Below are positions 9,833-18,258 of a stretch of 64,000 nt of DNA, one piece after another (the stretch's first letter is position 1; the number at the start of each line of letters is the position of its first letter). The notes below the pieces were generated by a model. The model was not told the DNA's origin. It saw only the letters and a list, made by a program, of their open reading frames with translations, and did no database searches. The stretch lies in the sequence record PP695294.1. The stretch is one strand, 5' to 3'. Made by a program: the position numbers and the translations under genes.

Positions 9833-10162
9833 GTGGAAAAGAAATCTGTTAAGGGTTACGTGATGGAAGTAACCCCAAAAGCGGCTGAACTGGCGAGAGA
9901 ATATACCGGATGTATCGTGCCACTGACCTCAATCGTGGTGTGTGAGGGTTCCTTCTATCTCATCTTCGGCAGTAATGAGCCGGTCTATGCGCACATCAAT
10001 GACCCTGATCAGGTTACAGCCCTCTCTATCGCGATGGGTAAAATGGTATCAGACAAGATGATTGAATTCGTTGTCGGGAAAACGATGGACATTATCCGCA
10101 ATCCGGTTGGACACAGCGGAATAAAATGTAAGAAGTGGCAGCTAGCTTGGCTGGCACACTAA
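9833..10162 (+). CDS. Hypothetical protein
   Basis: 109 aa, GTG start, SD GGAG. Confidence 0.7.
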   Translation: MEKKSVKGYVMEVTPKAAELAREYTGCIVPLTSIVVCEGSFYLIFGSNEPVYAHINDPDQVTALSIAMGKMVSDKMIEFVVGKTMDIIRNPVGHSGIKCKKWQLAWLAH

Positions 10163-10168
10163 AACACG

Positions 10169-10200
10169 AAGGGAGTTTCGGCTCCCTTTCTTTTTTTTTT
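10169..10200 (+). terminator. Intrinsic terminator
   Basis: AAGGGAGT-TTCG-GCTCCCTT plus long T tract. Confidence 0.9.
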
Positions 10201-10217
10201 GCGTTTTAGGCCAGTGA

Positions 10218-10223
10218 TATGAC
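10218..10223 (+). promoter_or_regulatory. Candidate late promoter (TATG)
   Basis: TATGAC between terminator and structural operon; phiKZ late promoters use TATG at the start site. Confidence 0.45.
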
Positions 10224-10241
10224 TACAACGAGGGACAGCTA

Positions 10242-11744
10242 ATGCAACAGTATTTTGAAATTCCGTCGTTGGACAAGACCATGCGCAAAGCTGTGGTCGA
10301 CGGCGTCGTAGAACGTGTGCTAAACGAATCTGGTATTGAACGTGCCAGTGTTGTTTTCACGGATAGCTTCAACACCGCCCATCAGCCAGGCTCTACGCTC
10401 GGCGATGAGACACCGGTGGACTATTCAGCACCGAACCGTGTCTACGTCGAAGTGGAAGAAGAACGTGATGAACGCGCACGCATTAACCGTCAAGTTGGGT
10501 TAGCGGCAGAGATTCCATTCTTCCATAATCCCGAAGACCAAGTACGCGCTGCTCCTGTCCGCGTAATGTATAACGTGACTATCACGCTACGGCGTGTCGG
10601 CCCATCGCGTGACGAATTGTTACGTTGGGCGAACCGCCTGGATTCACTTATCGACATGGGTCGCTATTCGACCATGACGGAATCCGAAGCGTACTACCTG
10701 ATTCCAAAGCCTGCGCTTAAGCTATTGAACGAATGCTATATCGCCGCAGGGACACGTGTACCGAAGTACGACGACTTTAAAGATTATCTAAAGGCGCACT
10801 TCACACCAGACGTTTTCACCACAGGTAATGTCGCTGGTGGTCAGAATGTCTTAGCGGTACGCTACGCACCAACCCGTATCGAGACGGTTTACGATGTTAT
10901 CTCCCCTACCTGGGATAACGACGAAAACCATTACGAGACCAGCTTCGTTATACGCTTCTCATATCAGCGACCCGAAGAGGTGGTGATTACCTACCCGTAC
11001 ATCATCAACCAGACACCGTTGCCTGATGAATGGTGGCCTGAGATAGACCCACCGTTTGTGAGTAATGAAGAGGGCGTGCAACGTCACCAACAGCAAAAGA
11101 ACCTTGACGGCACTTGGTGGATTAATGAATCTCGCCAGTTCTTACGCCTACCGTATCTGCTGTCACCGACAGAACAGTTTGAACGTACACACTCGCCGCT
11201 AAAAGCAAAGCTTCTGCATGTGTTCGGCACCGATGTAGCATTCGGTGAAGAAAACATGACCGATCCTGAAGTTTGTAGCATTGACGACCTGCCGTATGTT
11301 TGGAACGCTGAGGTGGTTCCTTATATCGAACACTGCCGCACGATAGACCCGACAGGTCAGACGGGCATTATCCGTATGGAGTTGTTCGAGAACGGTCAAA
11401 TCATTGAACCACGTTTCTACCATTGGGAAAACGGTGTCTTCTCGCTACGTAACCGTGAAGTTCATGTCGAGAAAGCGTACTACTTAACAGAGTCGGCAAT
11501 ACACGACTGGCGTAATCTGGACTTATGGCCACTGCATCTTTATCCAAAAGCGGCAAAAGTGCTTATTGAGTGGTTATTCCCAGATTGGGATTGCCCGGAT
11601 TGGTGGTGGGATAAACCTGTGTTACCGCCAAGTGTGATTGATGAAATCACGAAGTTCTATCGCCGTGTCCTGTTGACGCAATTTAATACCACGATTATAG
11701 CCATCAGAGGAGCCGATAATGCTCAAGGCGAACAAGAGGGGTGA
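10242..11744 (+). CDS. Virion structural protein (SPN3US gp61-like)
   Basis: 500 aa, first gene of a tightly coupled late operon; synteny recalled. Confidence 0.55.
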   Translation: MQQYFEIPSLDKTMRKAVVDGVVERVLNESGIERASVVFTDSFNTAHQPGSTLGDETPVDYSAPNRVYVEVEEERDERARINRQVGLAAEIPFFHNPEDQVRAAPVRVMYNVTITLRRVGPSRDELLRWANRLDSLIDMGRYSTMTESEAYYLIPKPALKLLNECYIAAGTRVPKYDDFKDYLKAHFTPDVFTTGNVAGGQNVLAVRYAPTRIETVYDVISPTWDNDENHYETSFVIRFSYQRPEEVVITYPYIINQTPLPDEWWPEIDPPFVSNEEGVQRHQQQKNLDGTWWINESRQFLRLPYLLSPTEQFERTHSPLKAKLLHVFGTDVAFGEENMTDPEVCSIDDLPYVWNAEVVPYIEHCRTIDPTGQTGIIRMELFENGQIIEPRFYHWENGVFSLRNREVHVEKAYYLTESAIHDWRNLDLWPLHLYPKAAKVLIEWLFPDWDCPDWWWDKPVLPPSVIDEITKFYRRVLLTQFNTTIIAIRGADNAQGEQEG

Positions 11745-13074
11745 TACTAAATTCGTTCCTGTTGAACCTGAAATTCCGATTATCAATAAACCACAGGACG
11801 GGGTGAAAGAAGCCAGCAACTTGGTAACGATTCCAACCCGCACCACGGTAACGGACTTCGACAGGATTCCGAAACAGTATCTCCTGCAATACAACGAAGG
11901 TTCTGAATGGCCGGTTGATTTTTATCACGCGTTGTCGGGTCGCAACGATCCGAAGACGATGTTCGATACTCAGAATGACAGCCCTACGCAACAGCTGCTT
12001 AAGATTGTTAATCTGTCATTACGTGTTAACGCACCGCTCGACCGTACGCAGGACGAACAACGTAAGACTTTCGAACTGACCGGGACGTCGACCCTGGTAG
12101 CATCGATTACACCGAACGAGGGTGACTTCTTTGTTGCGCCGATAGGCGACCATCGACACGGTCTGTTTAACATCACTGCCGTTACCCGAATGTCGAACAA
12201 CAAAATTGCAACGTACCAGATACGTTACACGATGTTGTACGAGATTACACCGCAGATTGCAGAGACGATTCGTCTGTGCACTGTGAGAACGCTCCATTAC
12301 GTCCGTGAGCGCGCGTGGACCGGTGGTGATACCTTACTGACCCCCAACGAGTATCGTACGTTCCTGGAGCTGGGAGACCGCATTAAGGACATTGAGACGA
12401 CGTTTGTTCGCCGTTTCTACGATACCAGTTTAGAAACCCTCGCCTATCCACGTGACTGGAAACTCGACGGGTTAAAGGCGGGGGGTTATTACGACGTTTT
12501 CTTGGCGATGTTTGTGAAGGCTATTGGTCTTCGAACCGTTGGTAAAGATATCCGTATTTACCCACACCCGCCGAAACCTGTGCAGGATATCGAAACACTG
12601 TTCACGGTGTTGTTAAATCAACAGCCAGAACTACTACCGTACGTCGAGAAAGAATGCAGCGCAGTTAACCCGCGCACATTCAGAACGATGCAGACCCGCA
12701 ACACCATTGCATGGTCACAGTTCAGTTCGACGCGTTACTTTACATCACAGATTCGTCAGTTGGCAACGTACGATGGGGAGTGGCCAGAGTTCGAAGCATT
12801 CGAACCGGTTATGTTCCCTGAGTATCAGGGCAACGCAGGCGAGGATATGGTGGCTTTTCTGCCGTTGACGTATAAACCCTACCTGTTAAGCGAAACGTTC
12901 TATAGCGGCTCGTACAGCTCGGTTCTGGAGCATTGTTTGTACCTGTATCTGAACAAACAACCAGTACCTAGTGAAGTGGCTGCGCGTTTAGCAGAATTGG
13001 TACTGGCTTTACCGAAGGATAGTCAGTTCTATTACGTCCCGATGGTCTACGTGATTTTGAAATACGCGAGGTAG
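11719..13074 (+). CDS. Virion/baseplate protein (phiKZ gp101/SPN3US gp62-like)
   Basis: 451 aa; PNEGDFF motif; synteny recalled. Confidence 0.55.
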   Translation: MLKANKRGDTKFVPVEPEIPIINKPQDGVKEASNLVTIPTRTTVTDFDRIPKQYLLQYNEGSEWPVDFYHALSGRNDPKTMFDTQNDSPTQQLLKIVNLSLRVNAPLDRTQDEQRKTFELTGTSTLVASITPNEGDFFVAPIGDHRHGLFNITAVTRMSNNKIATYQIRYTMLYEITPQIAETIRLCTVRTLHYVRERAWTGGDTLLTPNEYRTFLELGDRIKDIETTFVRRFYDTSLETLAYPRDWKLDGLKAGGYYDVFLAMFVKAIGLRTVGKDIRIYPHPPKPVQDIETLFTVLLNQQPELLPYVEKECSAVNPRTFRTMQTRNTIAWSQFSSTRYFTSQIRQLATYDGEWPEFEAFEPVMFPEYQGNAGEDMVAFLPLTYKPYLLSETFYSGSYSSVLEHCLYLYLNKQPVPSEVAARLAELVLALPKDSQFYYVPMVYVILKYAR

Positions 13075-13076
13075 TA

Positions 13077-13616
13077 ATGTCGGAGAAGAAGCGCAGTGCA
13101 GCATTTATGCTGTTTAAAGCGTGGGTGTTCTTCCGGGTACCGGAATACGCAACCATCACAACCTACGCCAGTCAGGAACACGGATTGTTCTTGCCAGAAG
13201 ACCCGAAAAAACGACAAGCGTTGTTACTGAACATGAAGCCTATCTATCTGCACCCCTCAGAAGCTGCTGAGTATTTAGCGACAGGTGGTGCGTTGGATGT
13301 ACACGACCCGCATGACGGGATTAAAGTGTACGGGTGGATTATGGAACACCTTGCGGACTGGCTGAACTATCTGGAGAACCCGACGCTGATTTACCGGGAA
13401 GTCCCTATCGAAGGGTTGCGTCAGTTCAATGTGCTGGCTTCGAAACTGTTTCCTGTGGCTAACCGCTACGGGTATTTCAAGAAACCCACTGCAACGATGG
13501 CGGACTGTGTTCAGTCGTTATTTGGGCAGGTCCGCCTGGAGTCTAAACTCCACCGTTTTAATGATACGATTATGAAACGTATTGAGTACGCTTATAGAGC
13601 CCGAGGAGGTCGCTAA
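13077..13616 (+). CDS. Conserved hypothetical protein in baseplate operon
   Basis: 179 aa, coupled to neighbours. Confidence 0.7.
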   Translation: MSEKKRSAAFMLFKAWVFFRVPEYATITTYASQEHGLFLPEDPKKRQALLLNMKPIYLHPSEAAEYLATGGALDVHDPHDGIKVYGWIMEHLADWLNYLENPTLIYREVPIEGLRQFNVLASKLFPVANRYGYFKKPTATMADCVQSLFGQVRLESKLHRFNDTIMKRIEYAYRARGGR

Positions 13617-14929
13617 TGTCGTTTGGTCGGTTACAACAGATGGCGAACGGTCACATCGCTAATGCTCGGGGGTTACCGGCTATCGACTACGGGATATTCC
13701 TCACGGTACACGGTGCCCCAGTGACGGTGTTGAAGATGCTGTCTATCATTCACACCGGTCACTTTACGCGTGATATCTGTTTATTGACACATCTCACCTT
13801 GGCTATACCCTACAGCCACATGCGAATGATCACATCGTCCGCAGAAGGGGATTTGAAGGTAAAGCTGTTACTGCGTCGTGGACAGAAAATCGCGGGGGTC
13901 TTTAACTACCGCGGCATCGTGATAAATAACCGCGACCACAACGCGGAATCACCGACGATGTTCTTGAGTCAGTCTGATGAGAAATCTATCGCATTGGTAA
14001 CATTGGAGCTGATGGATGAGTCGATGTGGTTCCTGCGTAATCGTCAAGTGGGCGGCATCTACCACGAAACAGATGGGTTAACAGTGGCTCGCTCGATATT
14101 GGCGGATACGTTGCCGGAAGGGGTGGCTGCAGAGGGGCAGTTGAAAGGGATTGAATACGACGAGGAAGAACAGCAGGCATATCGGGACATTGTCATACCC
14201 GACTCCGAAGACTTCTTAAGCGTGTTTGATTATCTGCAGAACCATTACGGTGTTTACAGCAAAGGTATTGGAGTCTTCCAATACCTACAACGTTGGTATC
14301 TGTATCGACCTTGGGACTCGTTGAAGTTTAATAACACAACTAAGCCTAAACTGGTCATCTATAATCTGCCTCGTGAACAGGCTGCTCACATTGACCGCAC
14401 CACTGATATCGCGGGTAATGTTATCTATCTGATTTGTGGCGGCGACACCAGTAGTTTGGAATACCGTGACCAGGCCGCGCTTAACCAGGGTACGGGTTAC
14501 CGGGTAGGGTCTGTACGTGTGTTGGATGGGCGTAGTAGTTCATTTACGCCTGGCGACATCAGTATGACCACACCTGATAAATTTGTGGCACAGGCTGACC
14601 CTGCTGCGTATCCAGGTGGTGTGGTTAACGCACCAATCGATCCTGATAAGCACTTTAGCGATACCGATAAACCACAGCGGTCTAAACTGGAGATGAGTCT
14701 GGGTACGATTGTGCAAACAACCTGGAACCGTTCAACGCACGGCATCCTATATCCCGGTATGCCAGTAAAATACGTTTTTGCCAACGAGTATGGGGTCTAT
14801 ACCCGCTACGGCACGTTGGTGGGGGAGGTGTTCCAGTCTGCTGTCGACGGTCAAACGATGGCATCAGGACGCTATAACACCCAATCTCAACTGAGCCTTT
14901 GGCTCAAAGATGAAAAATTTACAGCTTAG
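13616..14929 (+). CDS. Baseplate hub-like protein (SPN3US gp64-like)
   Basis: 437 aa; YLQNHYGVYSKGIG and ILYPGMPVK segments typical of jumbo-phage hub proteins. Confidence 0.55.
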   Translation: MSFGRLQQMANGHIANARGLPAIDYGIFLTVHGAPVTVLKMLSIIHTGHFTRDICLLTHLTLAIPYSHMRMITSSAEGDLKVKLLLRRGQKIAGVFNYRGIVINNRDHNAESPTMFLSQSDEKSIALVTLELMDESMWFLRNRQVGGIYHETDGLTVARSILADTLPEGVAAEGQLKGIEYDEEEQQAYRDIVIPDSEDFLSVFDYLQNHYGVYSKGIGVFQYLQRWYLYRPWDSLKFNNTTKPKLVIYNLPREQAAHIDRTTDIAGNVIYLICGGDTSSLEYRDQAALNQGTGYRVGSVRVLDGRSSSFTPGDISMTTPDKFVAQADPAAYPGGVVNAPIDPDKHFSDTDKPQRSKLEMSLGTIVQTTWNRSTHGILYPGMPVKYVFANEYGVYTRYGTLVGEVFQSAVDGQTMASGRYNTQSQLSLWLKDEKFTA

Positions 14930-14972
14930 TCATCTAGTATGACCCGTAAGTAACCTTAAGGAAAATATTGCA

Positions 14973-15770
14973 ATGAAAGCGATTCACACCTTTCGCATGA
15001 CCGGCCAAACTGTTCTCGACATTGATGCGTACGAAGCCGCTAACTTCACCAAACCGACCAAGCTCTGGGATCGCCTGGTTAAGGTACTGCCGCAAAGCGG
15101 TGAGGTGCAGTTGGATTTTGTCATGGCATCGACGTTGGATAAAACAGTGGCAGTTATTTATACTGCTGACGGTGTGCAGAGTAAGAAGGACCTGGCAATC
15201 GAAGATAAAGGCGGGCTGGGTTATCACTTGTTCCTGCACTGCGTAACCACTGCACCGATTTCAGCTGCGCTGGCGGGACAGTACGGTTTCGCGAATGCGT
15301 ATTTCCTGGCACAGAAACTCGCCGTGAATGTTATTCCGGGTGACGTGACCACCTACCCTGAATACGTACAGCGTATCCTGCCAGAGCACTTCGCTGCAGA
15401 CGACTACGATTTCAACGTGTTCCGTTTCGCATTGATCGGCGAATCGCGCGATCCAGAATACACCGTTGGCTTGCGTGCCTGTCTGCGTCACTCCGTTATC
15501 TCTTCGGATGAAGGGATGTCGAATAACGTGAACGAAGTGTTCCCGATGATGCAAGTCGGTCCGTATATCACTTTCAACTCGTACATTCCGTTCCCGGCAC
15601 AGATTCTGCCGCCGCAGAACGATAACAGTGTACTGCCAATCGCCGACAAGTATTCACTGCGTGCGAGCGAAGCAGTTGAAGTGATTAACGATCGTCGCTT
15701 TACATTGTCAGTGACCAGCGGCATCAGTGAACCGGAAGTTGCGGTCTCACAGAGCCTGGATTTGATGTAA
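14973..15770 (+). CDS. Hypothetical protein
   Basis: 265 aa, SD TAAGGA, TATGAC at 14938. Confidence 0.8.
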   Translation: MKAIHTFRMTGQTVLDIDAYEAANFTKPTKLWDRLVKVLPQSGEVQLDFVMASTLDKTVAVIYTADGVQSKKDLAIEDKGGLGYHLFLHCVTTAPISAALAGQYGFANAYFLAQKLAVNVIPGDVTTYPEYVQRILPEHFAADDYDFNVFRFALIGESRDPEYTVGLRACLRHSVISSDEGMSNNVNEVFPMMQVGPYITFNSYIPFPAQILPPQNDNSVLPIADKYSLRASEAVEVINDRRFTLSVTSGISEPEVAVSQSLDLM

Positions 15771-15777
15771 AAGTGTG

Positions 15778-15812
15778 CCTGGTCTCCTTGTGAGACCAGG
15801 TCTCTTTATTTT
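15778..15812 (+). terminator. Intrinsic terminator
   Basis: CCTGGTCTC-5nt-GAGACCAGG plus T-rich tail. Confidence 0.8.
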
Positions 15813-15863
15813 AGCCCTCTAAACGCACTCACAACCTTCTAAAGCCTCTCTAACGGTAGAACG

Positions 15864-15917
15864 ACCCTCTGAAGTGATAAAAGCTCTCAAAACGCGTTTG
15901 AGAGCGTTATAGAGGGT
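15864..15917. repeat. Long imperfect inverted repeat in non-coding gap
   Basis: ACCCTCT..ATAA..GCTCTCAAA-ACGCG-TTTGAGAGC..TTAT-AGAGGGT. Confidence 0.8.
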
Positions 15918-15936
15918 GTACTCTGAATAAAAATAA

Positions 15937-15961
15937 TTTCAGATATATATTACCTAGGTGA
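15937..15961 (+). promoter_or_regulatory. Early promoter
   Basis: 25/25 identical to 7432-7456. Confidence 0.75.
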
Positions 15962-16012
15962 TAGAAGACAATCTATCAACTCAATCGACTATTAAGCTAA
16001 AGGAGTATTACC

Positions 16013-16156
16013 ATGTTAACTCGTAACCATAAACGTGCCATCTTCGCAATCGTTGCTGTTGTTGCTTTCGCGGTACTGTCTATCACTGTAACTCAAGATT
16101 ACAACAAGTGCATCGATAACGGTAACTCTGTTGCCATGTGTACAGGTCGCGGCTAA
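16013..16156 (+). CDS. 47-aa single-TM/exported peptide with Cys pair
   Basis: Below track cutoff; SD AAAGGAG; MLTRNHKRAIFAIVAVVAFAVLSITVTQDYNKCIDNGNSVAMCTGRG; TAATG-coupled to next gene. Confidence 0.75.
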   Translation: MLTRNHKRAIFAIVAVVAFAVLSITVTQDYNKCIDNGNSVAMCTGRG

Positions 16157-16338
16157 TGGACTTTTCTGATACGCAGTTTGCCGAGTTCTTATCTCACCCG
16201 CGTGTTAAACGTGAGTGGGATAATCTCACTAACGGTGTTCGTCATCAGGACGAAGAAGAAATTGTTCACGTTACCGCGCAAGTCTTACTCGTTTCACCGA
16301 CAGGTAATGTGTTTCCAATGCAGCAGGAGATTTACTAA
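16156..16338 (+). CDS. Small hypothetical protein
   Basis: 60 aa from ATG 16156, coupled on both sides. Confidence 0.65.
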   Translation: MDFSDTQFAEFLSHPRVKREWDNLTNGVRHQDEEEIVHVTAQVLLVSPTGNVFPMQQEIY

Positions 16339-16526
16339 TGGGCGTTTTAGTTAATTACGATGGTAAAAACGGAATCGTGCTTCGCGAAGTGGAAGATAAC
16401 GAAACAGTAGAGGTGAATCCGCAAACCTCAGAACGTACGTTTATCGTGGGGCCGAAAAGCGCATTACCGAAGCCGGACTGGAAAGAAGAGCTGGCGAAGT
16501 TCCGTGGGGAACTCGGGAAGAAGTAG
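16338..16526 (+). CDS. Small hypothetical protein
   Basis: 62 aa, SD AGGAG, TAATG coupling. Confidence 0.7.
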   Translation: MGVLVNYDGKNGIVLREVEDNETVEVNPQTSERTFIVGPKSALPKPDWKEELAKFRGELGKK

Positions 16527-16537
16527 TATAGATAATT

Positions 16538-16568
16538 TAATACCACCTACGGGTGGTATTATTTTTTG
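16538..16568 (+). terminator. Intrinsic terminator
   Basis: TAATACCACC-TACG-GGTGGTATTA plus T tract. Confidence 0.85.
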
Positions 16569-16578
16569 CCTAAGGAAC

Positions 16579-17001
16579 ATGAAAATGATTAATGAGAAGC
16601 TCCAAAAGTATTTAAAGAATGACACTGACTGGATGGTTCTTGACCAGTACGGACGATTTGTTCCGCTATCCAAGGATTCCCCTATACCCCGTGACAAGGC
16701 GATTTATATTCCTGACGGTAAGGGTGGCTATCGTTTCTGGGAAGGCCAGGAAGTAAAAGAGGAAATGTTCTACATGGAGCCGAAGTTCCGTGCAGCGTTC
16801 CCATCGAAAAATATTAACGGCTATGTTTACAACGCAATCCCGCCAATTACGCATCCTAACTTTGAGGTTGTGAACTACCCCGCAACCGTTCTGGATTGGC
16901 AACGTGCCATTAGTGAACACTACACGATTCCGCTTGAAGGTGTTTACTTCCCATTCCGTGATATTAGTTTGGACGACTTTATTAACTCTCTTAAGGACTA
17001 A
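16579..17001 (+). CDS. Hypothetical protein
   Basis: Start moved to ATG 16579 (SD TAAGGA), 140 aa. Confidence 0.7.
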   Translation: MKMINEKLQKYLKNDTDWMVLDQYGRFVPLSKDSPIPRDKAIYIPDGKGGYRFWEGQEVKEEMFYMEPKFRAAFPSKNINGYVYNAIPPITHPNFEVVNYPATVLDWQRAISEHYTIPLEGVYFPFRDISLDDFINSLKD

Positions 17002-17004
17002 AAA

Positions 17005-17865
17005 ATGTACAGTATTACAGATTTCATCAAAAATGCGGATTTCCTCCTACCTCCCAACCACGAAGTATTGGCTAGCGATCCGTTAACCGATGCGGCCATT
17101 GTTCAGCTGGACCGGGATAAACGTCGCACTTACGTCGTGTTGGTCGAAGGAAAGAGTTATGGTCTGTCTTCTTACGACCTGGAGCAGCAGGAGCGCTTCC
17201 TCGATGAAAGCCGCAAAACGTCAATGTATAGCGCTATCTCGCGTGCGCTGTGCAAGGTAATGGCAACCGTTACAGACAGCAAAAAGCGTATCGCTGTGTT
17301 ACAGGGTATCAATGCGCTAACGACCAAAATCCAACAACTTGAAGGTTTCCATTGCCCGCGATTGGAAGCCGCACAGAAGGATGCTAAGGGCGATGAGGCC
17401 ATGGCACTGTTTGAAGGCAATACTGTCTTTGCAACAGCTGAAGCTTGTTATCTCACCTATCCAACTTTTAACTATACGCCAATCAGCGACACCGTAGACG
17501 GGATTAAAGTAGAGAACGTCGTGCAATGGGGTCGCGCAAATCTCAAGTTTGTGATGTCCCATGAAGAAGAAAATCAAGACGGACTTGGGCAGAAGATTCA
17601 ACGTTGGTTCACGGCGCGTTTGGACGCCGACTGGGAAGCGCATGTTAACGCAGAGCTTCGTAAATTTCACGCGGTAGTCGCATTGTTAAAAGAAGACACA
17701 CCCGCCCAGAAACAATCGAAGGCACCCGTGGTTGGCTGGACGTGTTCCGGCTGTAACCGCAACCATGTCGCTACAGTACCGAGAACTCATCGCTACACTT
17801 CGCAGACGATGAACATTGCTTGCCCGGCTTGCGGTAAGATCAACGAAGTTGATTATAAACCGTAG
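17005..17865 (+). CDS. Hypothetical protein with C-terminal zinc ribbon
   Basis: CSGC...CPAC near C-terminus. Confidence 0.7.
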   Translation: MYSITDFIKNADFLLPPNHEVLASDPLTDAAIVQLDRDKRRTYVVLVEGKSYGLSSYDLEQQERFLDESRKTSMYSAISRALCKVMATVTDSKKRIAVLQGINALTTKIQQLEGFHCPRLEAAQKDAKGDEAMALFEGNTVFATAEACYLTYPTFNYTPISDTVDGIKVENVVQWGRANLKFVMSHEEENQDGLGQKIQRWFTARLDADWEAHVNAELRKFHAVVALLKEDTPAQKQSKAPVVGWTCSGCNRNHVATVPRTHRYTSQTMNIACPACGKINEVDYKP

Positions 17866-17871
17866 TAGTAC

Positions 17872-17911
17872 CCCCTCTTACCTTCGGGTAAGAGGGGTTT
17901 ATATTTATTTT
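17872..17911 (+). terminator. Intrinsic terminator
   Basis: CCCCTCTTACC-TTCG-GGTAAGAGGGG plus T-rich tail. Confidence 0.9.
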
Positions 17912-17914
17912 CGG

Positions 17915-17953
17915 AAAAGAAAATAAAAGGCGCTCTCTCCCGAAGGAGAGAGC
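17915..17953 (-). terminator. Minus-strand intrinsic terminator
   Basis: GCTCTCTCC-CGAA-GGAGAGAGC with A tract on its left (TTCG loop plus T tract on - strand). Confidence 0.8.
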
Positions 17954-17979
17954 TTATTCACATCCACTTAGAGGTTAAC

Positions 17980-18126
17980 ATGAATACCTTTATGCAACAA
18001 CTGCGTCAGCAACAGCTGAAACAAGTCGCTTTTCAACAACGTCTGCAAGAGGTTAGCCGCCAACCGCAGACTTCCACCCGTACCATTAAAGGACTAGGAG
18101 GTGAAATACTACTAAACAAAAGTTAA
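17980..18126 (+). CDS. 48-aa Gln-rich small protein
   Basis: SD AGAGG; MNTFMQQLRQQQLKQVAFQQRLQEVSRQPQTSTRTIKGLGGEILLNKS. Confidence 0.5.
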   Translation: MNTFMQQLRQQQLKQVAFQQRLQEVSRQPQTSTRTIKGLGGEILLNKS

Positions 18127-18258
18127 CATGAAATAACTCTTACCCGAGTGCTGGAACACTCGGGTAATTCCATGCATATAAATAGTTCGTCGTATTTTTT
18201 TTGATCTCGGCAAGACGCATAAACTGCCCGTAGGGGAGCCTAAGCTCCCCAGTGTTCG

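Noticed and set aside
18140-18220. 26-codon minus-strand ORF MRLAEIKKNTTNYLYAWNYPSVPALG
   Set aside because: No convincing SD; overlaps a hairpin
18127-18258. Possible tRNA or tRNA remnant in hairpin-rich gap
   Set aside because: No cloverleaf, no T-loop GTTCGA in proper context, no CCA
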